Positions 12,760 to 24,389 of a stretch of DNA of 64,000 nt are shown piece by piece. The notes beneath the pieces were generated by a model. The model did not search any database. It was not told the origin of the DNA and saw nothing but the letters and a program-made list of their open reading frames with translations. Source of the stretch: Raillietiella orientalis (taxonomy: Eukaryota); assembly GCA_036172245.1 (NCBI GenBank), contig JAYWIR010000008.1, forward strand, positions 2,852,001-2,916,000, in the 5' to 3' direction. The stretch's first letter is position 1. Each line of letters opens with the position of its first letter. The position numbers and the translations under genes were made by a program.

Positions 12760-13410
12760 CCAGCATTCTTGGGACTTTGGCAGGATCCACTCTGCATTTT
12801 TTTGCCATTCTTTGGCTTCCTCACCCGACGTGACCGCTCCATCCCGGATTGCCGGGCCCTTGCTCCAGAAGGAATAGACGGAATCTGCCGACTGGAAACG
12901 AAGAAGCCGGAAAGGGGGAGGAGGAGGGAGAAGAGAACTGAGGAGCAGGCAGTGATCAAATGAGGAGTGGGGATGGACGGGTCTCAAGGTGTTCGACACG
13001 GTTCCCGAGGGCCTGCTTCGGGCAGGGAAGCGATGGGAGGGAAGGCGCGCGCAGTTGCGTCGGGCCGGTCTGCCCACGATCGGTCGAAGGTCCCCTCGCA
13101 CCCCGCATTCCGGATTGGACCGTTTCGCGCTGGCACTGGGGCGATCGTGGACTCTTCCTCGGGCCGATGGCGGCAGCTCTCTTCTCCCATCTTGGAGAGC
13201 GCCGCTGCTCGCCCCCGGCAGAGGATGTCAGAGGAGGAGGCAACTGTGGGAGCGGCCTTTTCTCCGAACATATCCCATGGGGCCGGCAAGGGGGAAGCGG
13301 GGTGCTTCGCCCTATCACCATCCACCCCTGCCACCGCCGTTATCTCTGCGCACGCGGCAGGGTTCCCACTGACCTCCCCCCAGCGGGCAGAACTCCCGCT
13401 GAAGCATGAC
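12760..13410 (+). repeat. Unclassified dispersed repeat family B, copy B1
   Basis: 12867-13391 matches 35559-36083 almost perfectly; diverged inverted copy at ~40600-41290. Strand is arbitrary. Confidence 0.9.
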
Positions 13411-14446
13411 GAGTGGAAATCATTGAGGATCAGCCCTGCTCTTTCGAATCTGCACGAGCCAACTGACTGCTACTCGCGTCTTTCTTTGGCATTACGTCAG
13501 CGCTGCCATCAACTTTGCTCCCCTGCCGATAGTGGCGCACGGCTTTTTTTTTTCCTTCTTCGATCGAAGTTCCCTTGCGACGGTTGCCTCGCGCCCCGTG
13601 CGCGCGCGTCATTGAGAAATACGGTCAAGTGAAGAATCCTCCACTTTGTCCTCGTAATTTCATGCTCCCTGGGTCCAGGCGGCGGTGTCACCCTTCCGGC
13701 GTTCCGCGAAAGATAAAACACGAGCGCTGCTGCTTCTCAGGGCGTCGCAGCACGTCGTCGGGACGCTTTCGTTCCGGCCGCGTGCAGGAAGCGTGCAGAA
13801 TTCGTTCCCTCCGCGTCGGGCAGGTCCGTTTTTCATTCCGCGACGAAAGTGGCAAAGTTCAACGAAATCCGGAGAATCCTGATGGGGGGGGGGGAGAACG
13901 AGCCTTGCTTGAGCACCGCATGCCGCGGCTACCTTGGGGACGAATGTACAGTACGGTGTACTCTCGTGTAGAGGACACGAGGGAACGAGGCGCACCCACT
14001 CTCTCTCTCTCTCTCTCACCCGCCTGCCCGCGCGCTGCGATGACGTCGGAGCGGTGGGAGGAACGGAAAGCAGCACGCAGGAAATAAAGGACGCGCAGTA
14101 AATAAACACCGGGATTCCATCCACATTTCTAGGGGGTGGATCCTCGCAAATCCCCAGCGTTTCTGTAAACACGGAGCCTGCCGCCCTCGCTCCGAAGCCC
14201 GAGGCTCAAGTCTGGAAATGAAAGAGGGGGTCCTGCGGAGTGGCGGCGTAGCTGAGGGGCATCGCAGTCGGAGAGCCTCTTGGCAGAAGCAATCGAAGGA
14301 GGAATAATAAAAAAGGAAAGGTGAGAGTCAAGAGAAGAAGAGCCTCGTCGGGAAAAAAAAGCGTCTGGAAGCCAACGCGATTCATGGGTGGTCAAAGGAC
14401 ACTCGAAAATCGCCACGCATGAAGTTCCGAAAGCACCTGATGGAAA

Positions 14447-15142
14447 AATCCTTTCGTGTTGTTTTCTGTTTTCGCTGCTTTCCTTCCCGCAGCTCTTTTT
14501 TTTTCTTTCTTCCTTTCGGGTTTTTCTTTCTTTTTTATTGGCTGGCTGAATGCTGAAGAACCGTTCGCCCCCTTGGAGGGGGGAGGGGGGGAGGATCGAG
14601 AAGCTCTTTGACGCTGCCCGCGCCATCCCAGGGTGCGTGTAACTCCTTCAAGTTAAAGGGTGCTTCTGGAGGGACCACTCCATGAATCCAGGAAGGCTTC
14701 ACAGGAAGGAGTCCGTTCCTCTTACGGAAGGACCCTCCGGAAAGGACCTGCTTCTTGCCTCCTCCTCTGAATGGAACGCCGAAGGGACGCTTCCCCATTT
14801 CCCTGAAGGGCGCTCCTCGAAGGGAGCAGCGCGCTTCTTCACACTCTGGAGAGGTGTGAACCCGCCAGTTCCATGGTACGCGATGGAGGGCCGTCCCCCG
14901 AGGGACTCCATTTGCACGACCGGAGGGGAACCCTCGAAGGGCTGCTTGACCCTCCGGGGTGCAATCCCACTTCCAATCCCGGCCAGTCAACGGGGGCATC
15001 CGAGGGTTTCCGGCTTGCACGAGTGCCGCAACCGCAGTCTCATCCTGTGGGGAGGAACCCGAAACCCACGACGCACTCCCTGCTCTCGGCGTCGATTCTA
15101 CCCGGTACGCGACGCTTGGCGCCACGCACGGCCGCCAACGCG
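14447..15142 (-). mobile_element. SINE family A copy A4
   Basis: Inverted, near-identical to A2 including the complex tail ...gaaaacagaaaacaacacgaaaggatt; head region differs from A2. Confidence 0.9.
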
Positions 15143-15699
15143 GGCCACCAGCACCTGTTGCGGTTGTTCAAGGCCGCAGCGGCTACCTCGAACAGCGCGG
15201 GATGCACTCGCCAGTGTATCGAAATCCGGGACTTTTGGTCCAGGCAGTGCGGTGCTACTCTTCGACTGGGGCGGGAGGGGGCTAAGCGTGCTGCAAGAGC
15301 AGTCGGTCACATTCTCACCTGCCACGCCTCGAGGGCGGCGCCACACCCGCCGGAATAGCGGAAAGCAAGATGCTAAAGCAGGAAGCCCTCCCGTCTTCGA
15401 CCATCGCGCGCACGAGGACGCAAACGCGCTCTGGAACTTTTGCAAACGGGAGCACTGGGGCCGGCGCAGAGTTTTTGTTTCCAAGTCATTTCATCTTGTC
15501 GTCGTCATAAATCATCTCCTTAGCTGCTCGGTGGAGAGACGACTTGCTCGGATCAGGTCTGGCCCCGCGGCGGACGTATCCGATTCCCTTCAAGTCGAAA
15601 GGACGTTTTTGGATTGCTCGAAAGATCTCGAAACGGCCGAGGTTCGAGAAGGAAAGAAAAAAAAAGGAGAACTCGTGATACAACAGCAACTGTGGTGGT

Positions 15700-16730
15700 A
15701 GGGATCGAATGGGGAATTTAGATAATGGTCCTGAAACCATCTCGCGTCTCGTGAGCGCTCCTCGATGTGGGAGGTCATGGAATGGTCGCTGCACTAGCTG
15801 GTACGCCGGCCTTTTTTTCCATTTGGGGCTGGACGCGTTGGTCTCGAAGCTCCGTGATGGGGAGACCGGCGAACGATCGAAGGAGTGGGCCCTGTCGCTC
15901 ATGGTCCCTCTGTGCACCTCTGATTGCCACCTTAACTCCACCGAAATGGTTCGCATCAGTGAGGAACGATGGCGCGGTGATCTTTGTCGTTCTGACCATT
16001 TGCCTTTGCCTTCAACCATCCTGCTTCGGTGCTACGATCAATAAACTGCGGTCGATGATTCGTGTTGCGTGTTTGTGTGGAGGTCTGCCCGATAATTTCT
16101 GCATGTTGATTTAGAAGATCCCTTGAATGCAAGAGTGGGTGACGTCGTCGACGCTGAATGTCAGATCCCCACTGTTGAAACTTTGGCCCAACACTGAAGT
16201 CCTTTTCCCGCCGCCGCGAGGGATCTTGACCCCGCTTCTGCGGAAGCGCGCGATGGTGGTCACCCTGCCAGAGTGGGGGTCTTTCCACCGCTTGTTGGGA
16301 GGCGCGCGGTCGCTGACGACCGTAGCGGCTCTCGATGTCCACCAGGTTGTCTTCTGCGGGCTGCAGCAGGAGGAGCACCGGGTCACTTCCGCTGCCGTAG
16401 CTGTCCTCCGGGCAGGAGCGACGACGAAGAGCTGACTCCATCGCACACCCTCTGCTTAGGGTCTTCCGGATGAGCTGCATCAACGATCGCTCGTGCCCCA
16501 CTCGCTGTGCACAGCCCGCGGGGGAAGGCGCCGGGAAAGTTGCTCGTATGCGCGCCTGCATGGTCTCCAGCCAGCTCTTCTGTTCCTTCGTCTTGGGTTT
16601 CTCCTTGGTTTGGAAGTCCGGCTTACTTCCAAGGGACTGCTGCTGCTCGGACGCTATGGTCCTGCGGTCCCGCGCGAGGCAGGGGCGGGAGAACCGGCAG
16701 TTGTCGCATCGGTATTTTCCCTCGTGACCT
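15700..16730 (-). mobile_element. Degenerate non-LTR element, N-terminal region and RT start (R2/NeSL-like)
   Basis: Minus strand: KYRCDNCRF (Zn-finger-like), then LIVAPKQDG...DHRAI (cf. LIPKxG...dyRPI), SSLMRTIS, KWKKRPAY..RPFHDLPH (cf. kAFDsvpH). Confidence 0.55.
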
Positions 16731-16732
16731 GT

Positions 16733-17290
16733 CTTTCCACCCGGGTTCGTCGGGAAGTTTATTTATATGGAACAAACTAACAAGTCGGTGGCAGAACGTT
16801 TCGTTCTGCCACGTTACAAATGTAACCATGGGAACCTGCCGAGAACCGTCACGCAGACTGGCGAGGTTCGCCTCGGCAGCAAAGGGGGAGGGGGACAAAT
16901 AAAAATAAAAATAAAATAAAAACACAAATATATATAAAAAATCTGGAGGGTTCAAAAAGGGATCACTGGGTGCTGGAAGGTGTCCTCTGCATCCTTCCCG
17001 GGATGCCAGCTGGTTCCTGTTCCATAATTCCCAGATGGAGCCATCTTGACGTTGTCCTCCAGAAGAGATCAGCGAAATCTGGATGGCGTCCCCGTCGTCC
17101 TGGCCTCCTTTGGCGCTGCTCCAAGCCGTCACGATCCCGCGAGTAGCAGAGTCCTGCTAGGGATGCAGTCGGCGCGGGGGGTGTTGCGTAAGAGGAGGAG
17201 CTTTAAAAACTCGTCGCCTGGCTGACTTCTCGTTCGTCGCGCCACCATCACTTGGTCTCTCGACGGTGATGAGGGCTCAGCGCGGTGGCC
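16733..17290 (-). mobile_element. LINE family T 3' remnant T3
   Basis: Minus strand homologous to 20600-21065 (DEFLKLLLLRN...GIVTAWSSAKGG); 3' UTR gctgccgaggcgaacctc...ctcggcaggttcc. Confidence 0.85.
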
Positions 17291-18480
17291 CTCTGCAAGG
17301 CGCCTTGGCGAGGGGGGGAAGGACAGAGGAGGAGCGAGCGACTCTCTGGCGGCGATCGCTTCCTCCCCTTCTTCCTCTTGTCGCAGTCGCTCTTTTGCTA
17401 GTTGTTGTTGCCGCCGTGGTCGTCGCACGTCCGTGGCAGCCATCGCACTCCAGGAAGCGCGCATGCCATTCACCACCCGCTCCTTCTTGGCGGGCAGGGC
17501 GAGGAGGAAAAGGAGGAGGAGGCGATGCGGCTGCAATCGAACTCCCTCCTCTCTCTCCATTCCCGGCGCTCACGGGATCCGAAGGATCCGCGTTTCCAGG
17601 TCAAGTCGCAGAGCCGTGGTCCCGCGTGATGCTGCACCGCGCAGCGCGCCTCGAACATCTTCGGGCCTCAAATCGATGCCCTCCGCCGCGTCGATAATTT
17701 AAACATCGGAATAGAAAGGTTTTGTCCAAGGGGCTCACCATTCCGGCTCGTGTGTGCTTCCGCGTCAAGACACGGCGGATTAAATCCCCTCCTGATTGAT
17801 CTCGACGGAAGAATGATGTTTCCTGAGGGACAGGAATCCTGGAAGGAAAAATCTCACCCCGTGCGAGCCGCTTTCGCGCATCCCGCTCCGCTCCGCTTCT
17901 TGGATGGGAACCGCTCTGCGCTTTCCTTGCGACTTCGGATACCTCAGCTTCTTAGTTTTTCGGATAAGCTCTCTCTCTTTTTTCCTCCTCTCCACGGAAA
18001 ATCTTCCTGGTTCTTCTTCCGGGCGTTCCATCGATTTCGCCCGTCCTCGGGGCTCGGGGAGCGCCGTTCTCCGAGGCGGATTCCGCCGGACGAGCAGAGC
18101 GCGCGCGCAGGAAGTGGCGAAAACAACCTCACCGGATGGACTAATTGGGTGATTTCGCGCGAGTGCAACATCGCTTCCCGCAGAAACCCCTCGAGGAGAC
18201 AAAGGGAGGAACAGGACCCGAGAGTTTCTCAGTCTCCCGTAGAGAGAGTTGCGTCCACAGAACCCGCGACGCGACCCTGGATTCATCTTGTCTTGTCTGC
18301 AGCCGTGGTGAAGCGAGAGGGAGGGGAGGTTGAAAGAATGAAGGGAGAAGGTTCCCGCCACTTCCCTGCAGCCCGGCTGCTGCTCAGCGTCGGCTGCTCA
18401 GCGTTATTGAGGGATGTTTGCAGCATCGGCGGATTTGACCCATTCGACACCTCGGATACCACCCGGTCCGACTGGATGTG

Positions 18481-19260
18481 TTTTTTCTTGGTTTGTACCG
18501 AAGTACTGAAGAACCATTCGCCTCGGAGCTCACGAAGCTCTTTAGCACGGTTCCATGCTACCCGGAGGTGAGTGTTAACTTTTCAAGTTAGGGGGTGGGC
18601 ATCCTGGGAGAAGACCACCCTATGAATCCTGGAAGGCTCAGGACGAAGGAGTCTGTTCCTCTCACGCTTGGGAGGGAACCCCGAAGGGACGCTTCCCTGA
18701 ATTTCCTTAAAGGACTCTGCCCCAAAGGGAGCAGCGCGCTTCCGAGACTCCGGAGAGGCAACCATCCGGGGAAGTATCAACCAGCTCCATGGTACGGCTT
18801 CATTTTCACTACTGGAGGGGAGGACCCGAAAAGAACTGGCTCTTCTTGATTCCTGGAAGGACCCTCGCATGGTCAACTTCCAATCCTGTTTAGTCAATGG
18901 GGGCATCCGGTGGTTTTCGGATTCCACCGGAGCCCGTGGGTCATCCAGAGGAAGGAGACTTGAAAACGACGACGCACTCCCCATTTCCCGTCGTCGATCC
19001 TTCCCTGGGCGGGATTCTAACCCGCAGCTCTTGGTGCCACGCGCAGAGACCTCTGCAGCCACACGGCCGCCAACGCGAACTGAGATGGTAGGGCAGCTTG
19101 GGATTGGAGTTTGCGGTACGTGAAGGTCAGCGTCATCCTGCGGGTGGCGCATTCTCCGGTTTCTCGGCGTCGATCCTTCCTTCTCCGGGTGGGATTTGAA
19201 CCACCTCCTGGTGCCATGCGCGGAGACCGCCACCACACGTCCTCTGACGCGGGCATGCCA
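18481..19260 (-). mobile_element. SINE family A copy A5 with two tandem tRNA-like heads
   Basis: Body and tail homologous to A2; B-box-like motifs at 19011-19023 and 19191-19202, each preceded by gtctc.gcgc.tggcacca and followed by gaaggatcgacg. Confidence 0.85.
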
Positions 19261-19309
19261 TCCGTCCTCTGACTTGGGAATCTTCGACTCCTTCAACACT
19301 TCGTGGTCT

Positions 19310-21070
19310 CTGGAATCCTAAGGTTTCAGGAGTGCTGCAACGAACGCATCTTTTCTCGCGGACATTCCTTTGGGCATCACGAGGGAGGGGAGAGAGAGAA
19401 CAAGTCTCTCTGTGTGCCTTGCCACTTCCAGGGCTGTTGTCCAACACTCAAGGAGTCACGTGGCCAAGCGGAGCGCGTGGCAGCCCTGAACGGGAGCGCG
19501 AAGATTTGGATTTGAATCTGCCCTCCGGGATAGGCTGCTGCTCGCAAGGCCAGCAACCCACCTCGTGCTTCCAGGGCGTGTCTCAGGAATCTTGCGGCTT
19601 CGATAGCACCGTTTACCTGCTGGCGTGCTCCGACCATCTCCTTGGCTACCCGACTTTTCTCGCTAGGCCGCCGTTTAGCGGTTTACCAGCTCAGGTGCTC
19701 CTCTGGTGGCAGTGTGGAGAGCTTTCCTTGCCTCTACCAGTGCCCTGGACGTTGGAACACGTAAAGCCCAGAAAGACCTGTTCTTGCTGGAGCTCGAGGT
19801 CTGGTCTGCTCGAGTCTGTCCCGGAGGCAGGCTGGTCGCACACCACCAGCTCTCGATGTTCCTCTTGATCTGAAATACCAGTTCATCGAGTCTTCCAGAG
19901 ATCATGCTTGCTGACCCGGATGTGCCTCAAAGAGGATTCTTTTCGCCCCACATGCCACCGGGCATGTGATCGATGCCACTTTCCACGGGTGACGGCCGCG
20001 CAGGCAGCGTACCAGGTCGCCACGGAAGCCGAAAATGTCCTGCGTGTATCAATCTGTTGTCCGCAGACCGGGGATCTCCTCCCTTGGACCAGAAAATAAG
20101 CGATGCTGGCTCCGAAATGGCTCCACGACCATTTCCTCGATTCGGACTTCTTGCGATGAGGGACCTCCGTGTACGGTTCCACGCATAGGCACAGCGTGGG
20201 CAACTCCAATCGCGGAACGAAGAGTGAAGGAATTGGATGATTGGACCACAGAGTCCATGAACTGATCACGGACCAACCCACGGGAGTTGTAGCCCCAAGT
20301 GCCCCACCGGAAGCACTACTGCTATAGGGTGAGCTGCTGGGAATCCTACAAGAAGACCTCGAATGCCCCCCAGCGCTGAAGAACCACCAGGCCTTCCCCC
20401 TGAAGTGACAGGAGTCGGCACTTCTGCTGTTGCACTGGGACCTCCTGTGCAGCGACCGCCGCTCTCACTGGACCCAGGGGGCTGTGTACCCCAACTGCTA
20501 CAGATGCAGGGAGAGGGAATCCTATGTCCCGCACCTGCCCATTGACTGTGCTGCCCTCCGGCCCCTGTGGTTGCGTTACGCGACGACCCTTGGTGCATCG
20601 ACGGACAATCCCAGGGACGTCATGAAGCGCCTCTTCGTGCGCGATGCCCTTTCGCCTGCCGCATCCCCAGCGGCCCTTTGTTGCCTACGAGGGATTGTGG
20701 TGGCCCAGAGCTACGCGAGGGGAGGGCGGCGCGGTAGAGACGCCTTCTGCTTCTCCCTGAGCTCCCTGCGGACGGCAGAAAGATGGGCCCACCTGGGGGA
20801 TGCTCGGATGGAACTTGCCGGCATCCTGGAAAGGATGCAGAGAACGCCCTCCAGCTATCGGTGATTCCTTCCCTAACCCTCTCAATTTTTTTGTATAAAT
20901 TTTTTGTCTGTCCCCTCCCCTCCGCTGCCGAGGCGAACCTCCCCGGTCTGCGTGCCGGCCACTTGGCAGGTTCCGAACATTTTCGGACGTTGTAGGGCCG
21001 ATGGCCCTACACTTATCTGTTTATTACTTTCATGCAATGAACACCTCTGCATTACCGGGTGTTAAACCAA
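19310..21070 (+). mobile_element. LINE family T (L1/Tx1-like), 5'-truncated copy T4 with ORF2 C-terminus and complete 3' UTR
   Basis: ORF 20430-20864 contains CYRCRERESYVPHLPIDCAALRPLW (CxxC..H..C zf-RVT pattern); upstream ERVAALNGSAKIW resembles the post-RT motif of L1/Tx1; stops and frameshifts upstream. Confidence 0.85.
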
Positions 21071-22699
21071 ACCAATCGCGGAACGCGCGCGCGACGACGA
21101 CCGATAGTCCCTCCGCGGAGATGGTCACGGAGGGGGCGTCCCGAGGCAACCGGCGTCTGGAAGGAGCAGCAGCCAGACAGAGTGGCAGCGGATTCCGCCT
21201 CAAGTTGGGATGCGTCCGCGAGAGACTTCCGCAACTCCTCGAGTCTGGGCAGGAAGAGCATCCGGCGTGCGATAGGAGAGATCTCGGGCATCGAGCTCAG
21301 CCCCGCCGCTCCGCGAAGGAGAGCCCTCGGATGCGCGCGCACACGCGGAGTCAAAAAAAAATGCTGCGGATGCTGGGAGGAGGAAGAGGAGAATAAGAAT
21401 AAGAAGAAGAACAAGAAGAAGAAGAAAGAAAGAAAGAATGAAAAAAAGGAGATGACAAGTCAAAAGGGGGTTTGCCTTTTGCCGCCGCGAAGAAGATGGA
21501 GTGGCTGGAAGCGCTGATTTTTTTTGCAACCGGTAATTTTTCCGGTTGGAACTGCGCTTCAACTGCCAGCGTGGGACCGACCATCACTGCGTTCTCACCT
21601 GTCACGTAGATGCGCGCGAGAGACGGGCGGAGGGAGGGAGATAGGCCGGGTGGTTCTCGCGGACGGACAGCTGGTGCGGCCCGGCGCACGCGCTCGGTCG
21701 CGGGAAAGAGGGAAGAGTGCGGATGGACTCGAAGATGCCGTCCGTCCGCGCCCGCCGCGGTTCCGTGCTTTCAGCGGGATGGGGGCGCCCCCGCGCCGGT
21801 CTCTCGCTGCGAGGAACGCCCTTAATGGAGAATTTCCTCAGTGATGGATCGGACGGGACGCGTCGATCATTCGGCCACCGGGATCTCCTGGATTTAAACC
21901 CGGCTGACGCTTTTTCTGTGGGAAATTCGTGGGGCTGGGCTTTCCGCGTGCAGCCTCGCCGCCCCACGGGGATCGCCGGCAGTGCCCTTTCCGCAGGTCG
22001 TGGGGAACGCGCGCGCCAGTGGAGTGGATCGTTGCCTGGGACGCTGCCGGGGCGACCGGGGAGGGAAGGGTGGCTGGTATGCTGGGAGTGTTCCTACCTG
22101 AGCGCGCGTGGAGAGGGAAGCCGTGCGGGTGGAGGAGCAGCTTTCGGAACTTTTCTCGGATCCCCGCCAACGGCGTTCGACGCTCCGGGCGTGAAATCCC
22201 AACGGTGCAATTAGGCGGATGAAGGGTCAGACGGGAAGCGAACCCGCTCCGGCGCACGGCCGGGATCATCTTCCCGCAGCTTCGATTCTTTCGTTTCCCG
22301 CTCGCCTCGCGCCCTTCTGCCGAACGAAAGGCGGCAGCGAGGTTTTTCGGTCGCGCGCGCCCTCTCGAGGCACCCCGAGATCTCAGAGCTTCCAGGGCGC
22401 TGCTGCTCCGCCTACAGGGACTCCTGACCCTCCATCCCATCGGGGCGACGCGGTTCCCAAGGCGCGAGGCGGTTCGCCGAGCTCGCCATCCGAATCTGCG
22501 AAAACGGCAGAGTTGGCACGCATCCCACAGCTTCGCGTCCATCCCTCCCCCATGTCCCCCCTTTTTTGCGTCTCTTCCGAAGGTTTGACAGACGGATGAC
22601 CCCTTCCTCCTAGCACCGCCCAGAGGGTCTTCTTCGTTCTCATCTTACTGATTGTACCCGCGAAAAGAAAGGAGCTGCAAACAAATGGAGGGTGCTCTC

Positions 22700-23560
22700 G
22701 GTAGGGGGTGCTGACGACCCGTCCGATGCTCCCAGCGCGTATCCAGACAGTGCAGAATGTACGAGCCCACCATCTCTCCTGTGGTGAGCTCTGCTTGTCT
22801 CTTCGAGATGTTCGACGCTTCGCCGTATCCATCAGACGATGCCGACGCGGGCACCCGGCAATTTTCTGGCGCCGAAAACCGCTGCAGCTGCCTCGTCCCA
22901 CCTCCACACAGGTGTGGCTGGTGGCTACCGAATCCCGAAGTTCGGAGGCAGCCCGTTCGAGCTGTGTTGCCGGCTCTTGGCGGCTCCCCGTGGTCTGGCC
23001 CCGTTCCTGGGGTAGACGGCTGCTTCTCTTGGGGACAAGCGACTGTCCGCTGCTGCGCGCATATTTGACGTCATCCTACCGGGGCGAAATCGAATGAGAG
23101 GAAGGGGTGCAGAGGGACGTGAATCTTTGCGAAAGACGGAACGGGAGGACGCGCGATGCCACAGTCAGTTTCATCCTCCTCTGGTTGCGGTTTGCACATC
23201 CGGCGAGCTTCACGAAGGATGCACGGCAACCGAAGAAACTGCACTCTGTAGCCGGCTCGTGAAAAGTCGCCGGAGACTTTTGGTGAAAGATGCAGTCTCT
23301 GAATCCAAACAGTTCTTCCGCATGGAATATCCCGCGCAGCAACAGCCAAGCCAGTTGTCAGTAAAGAGGTGGACAGCTCTGGACGGCTGGGGATTACGCC
23401 AGCAGTAGTCGATGACCGTCAGAGAAGCACGACGGACTGCATCAGAGTTCCCATGGAGATAAAAATCGAATGAAAAACAGGGTCCGGGGGATGCGCATCT
23501 TGCAGGAAGACGGGATGGGCGATAAAAGATGCTCAAGAGTTCCAGATGTTGCGAAAGCTC
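22700..23560 (-). mobile_element. Degenerate piggyBac transposase remnant
   Basis: Minus strand in order: FDFYLHGN, AVHLFTDNW (cf. hlyxDNyfts), CAGYSMRKNC (cf. GTvRkNr), RWWARTF/HCLD (cf. krWwxriFxxllD). Confidence 0.6.
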
Positions 23561-24389
23561 CTCCATTTCCTCCGACTTGCTCCGGTGACAAAGACGCGAC
23601 TCTCGAGGATTCCCCACCACCGTCTGTGGCCCTCCTGGTTGGCGTCCTGGGAACGCGCCGCCTCTCCTGTGGCGCTCCCTGCCCGTGGCCTCCCGAAGAC
23701 CTCGGTCTCTCTCCCGCCTACGTCGCTGTCCGTCGCACCGCGGGGCCCAGGTCGGCCCTCCTCCGTCTGACTCGCCTCTTCCAGGGCCGCTGCCGGAGAC
23801 GGACTCGGAGGCATCCAGCGGGACCATCTCCTCGCCTTTTCCCGAAGCTCTCTGTCCGGCTTCCGTGCGGCTCGCGAGGTCGGTGGACAACCTCGCGCTT
23901 CCAGCGCGCGTCCCATGGGTGCCGCGGCTCCGATGCCACCGTTCGTCCCACGGGGTGCCCCGACCTCCCCGACCTGATCGTTGCGCCGATGTTTTCCCGG
24001 ACCCTCCCACGGACCCAGGGGTACCGCTACCCTCACTCACACCCCTCTGACGGAAAAGCGAAGGAACGGTGGTTGCTGTCCTCCGTCTCACAAATCTGCC
24101 ACCAGACGAGCCGTGGGGGCGAGTGACCCCCTGTTTTTCTCCATCCGCTCCTGAGCACTGGGGCCCGGCCTCGGCTTCCAGCCCGTCCTTGGGACAAACC
24201 TCTTGGAGACCGCCCACTCAGGGCTGCGGCGGTAGCCCTCCTGAACCGATACCTCGTCGACCGCGGCCCTGGATGTCAACGCGCCTGCTGAAGATGCGGC
24301 CCGGCGGTCCTTCCCGTCTTCCTCGCCTTCCTGATAGGCGGCGTCTGGCAGGCCCGCCAAATGGTGGTCTCATCGACCGATGAAGAGAA

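Noticed and set aside
12950..12995. Transib/RAG1-like K-G-MDGS motif in family B
   Set aside because: In-frame stop, wrong spacing, not conserved in B3, no other Transib motifs.
18495..18575. HDV-like ribozyme in the SINE tail (ggcgaatgg resembles J4/2)
   Set aside because: No P3/L3 or P1 partner in the required order, and the motif varies among copies.
20920..20980. HDV-like ribozyme in the family T 3' UTR
   Set aside because: Stem order resembles P1-P2-P3, but a' is directly followed by b', leaving no P1.1, P4 or J4/2 catalytic C.
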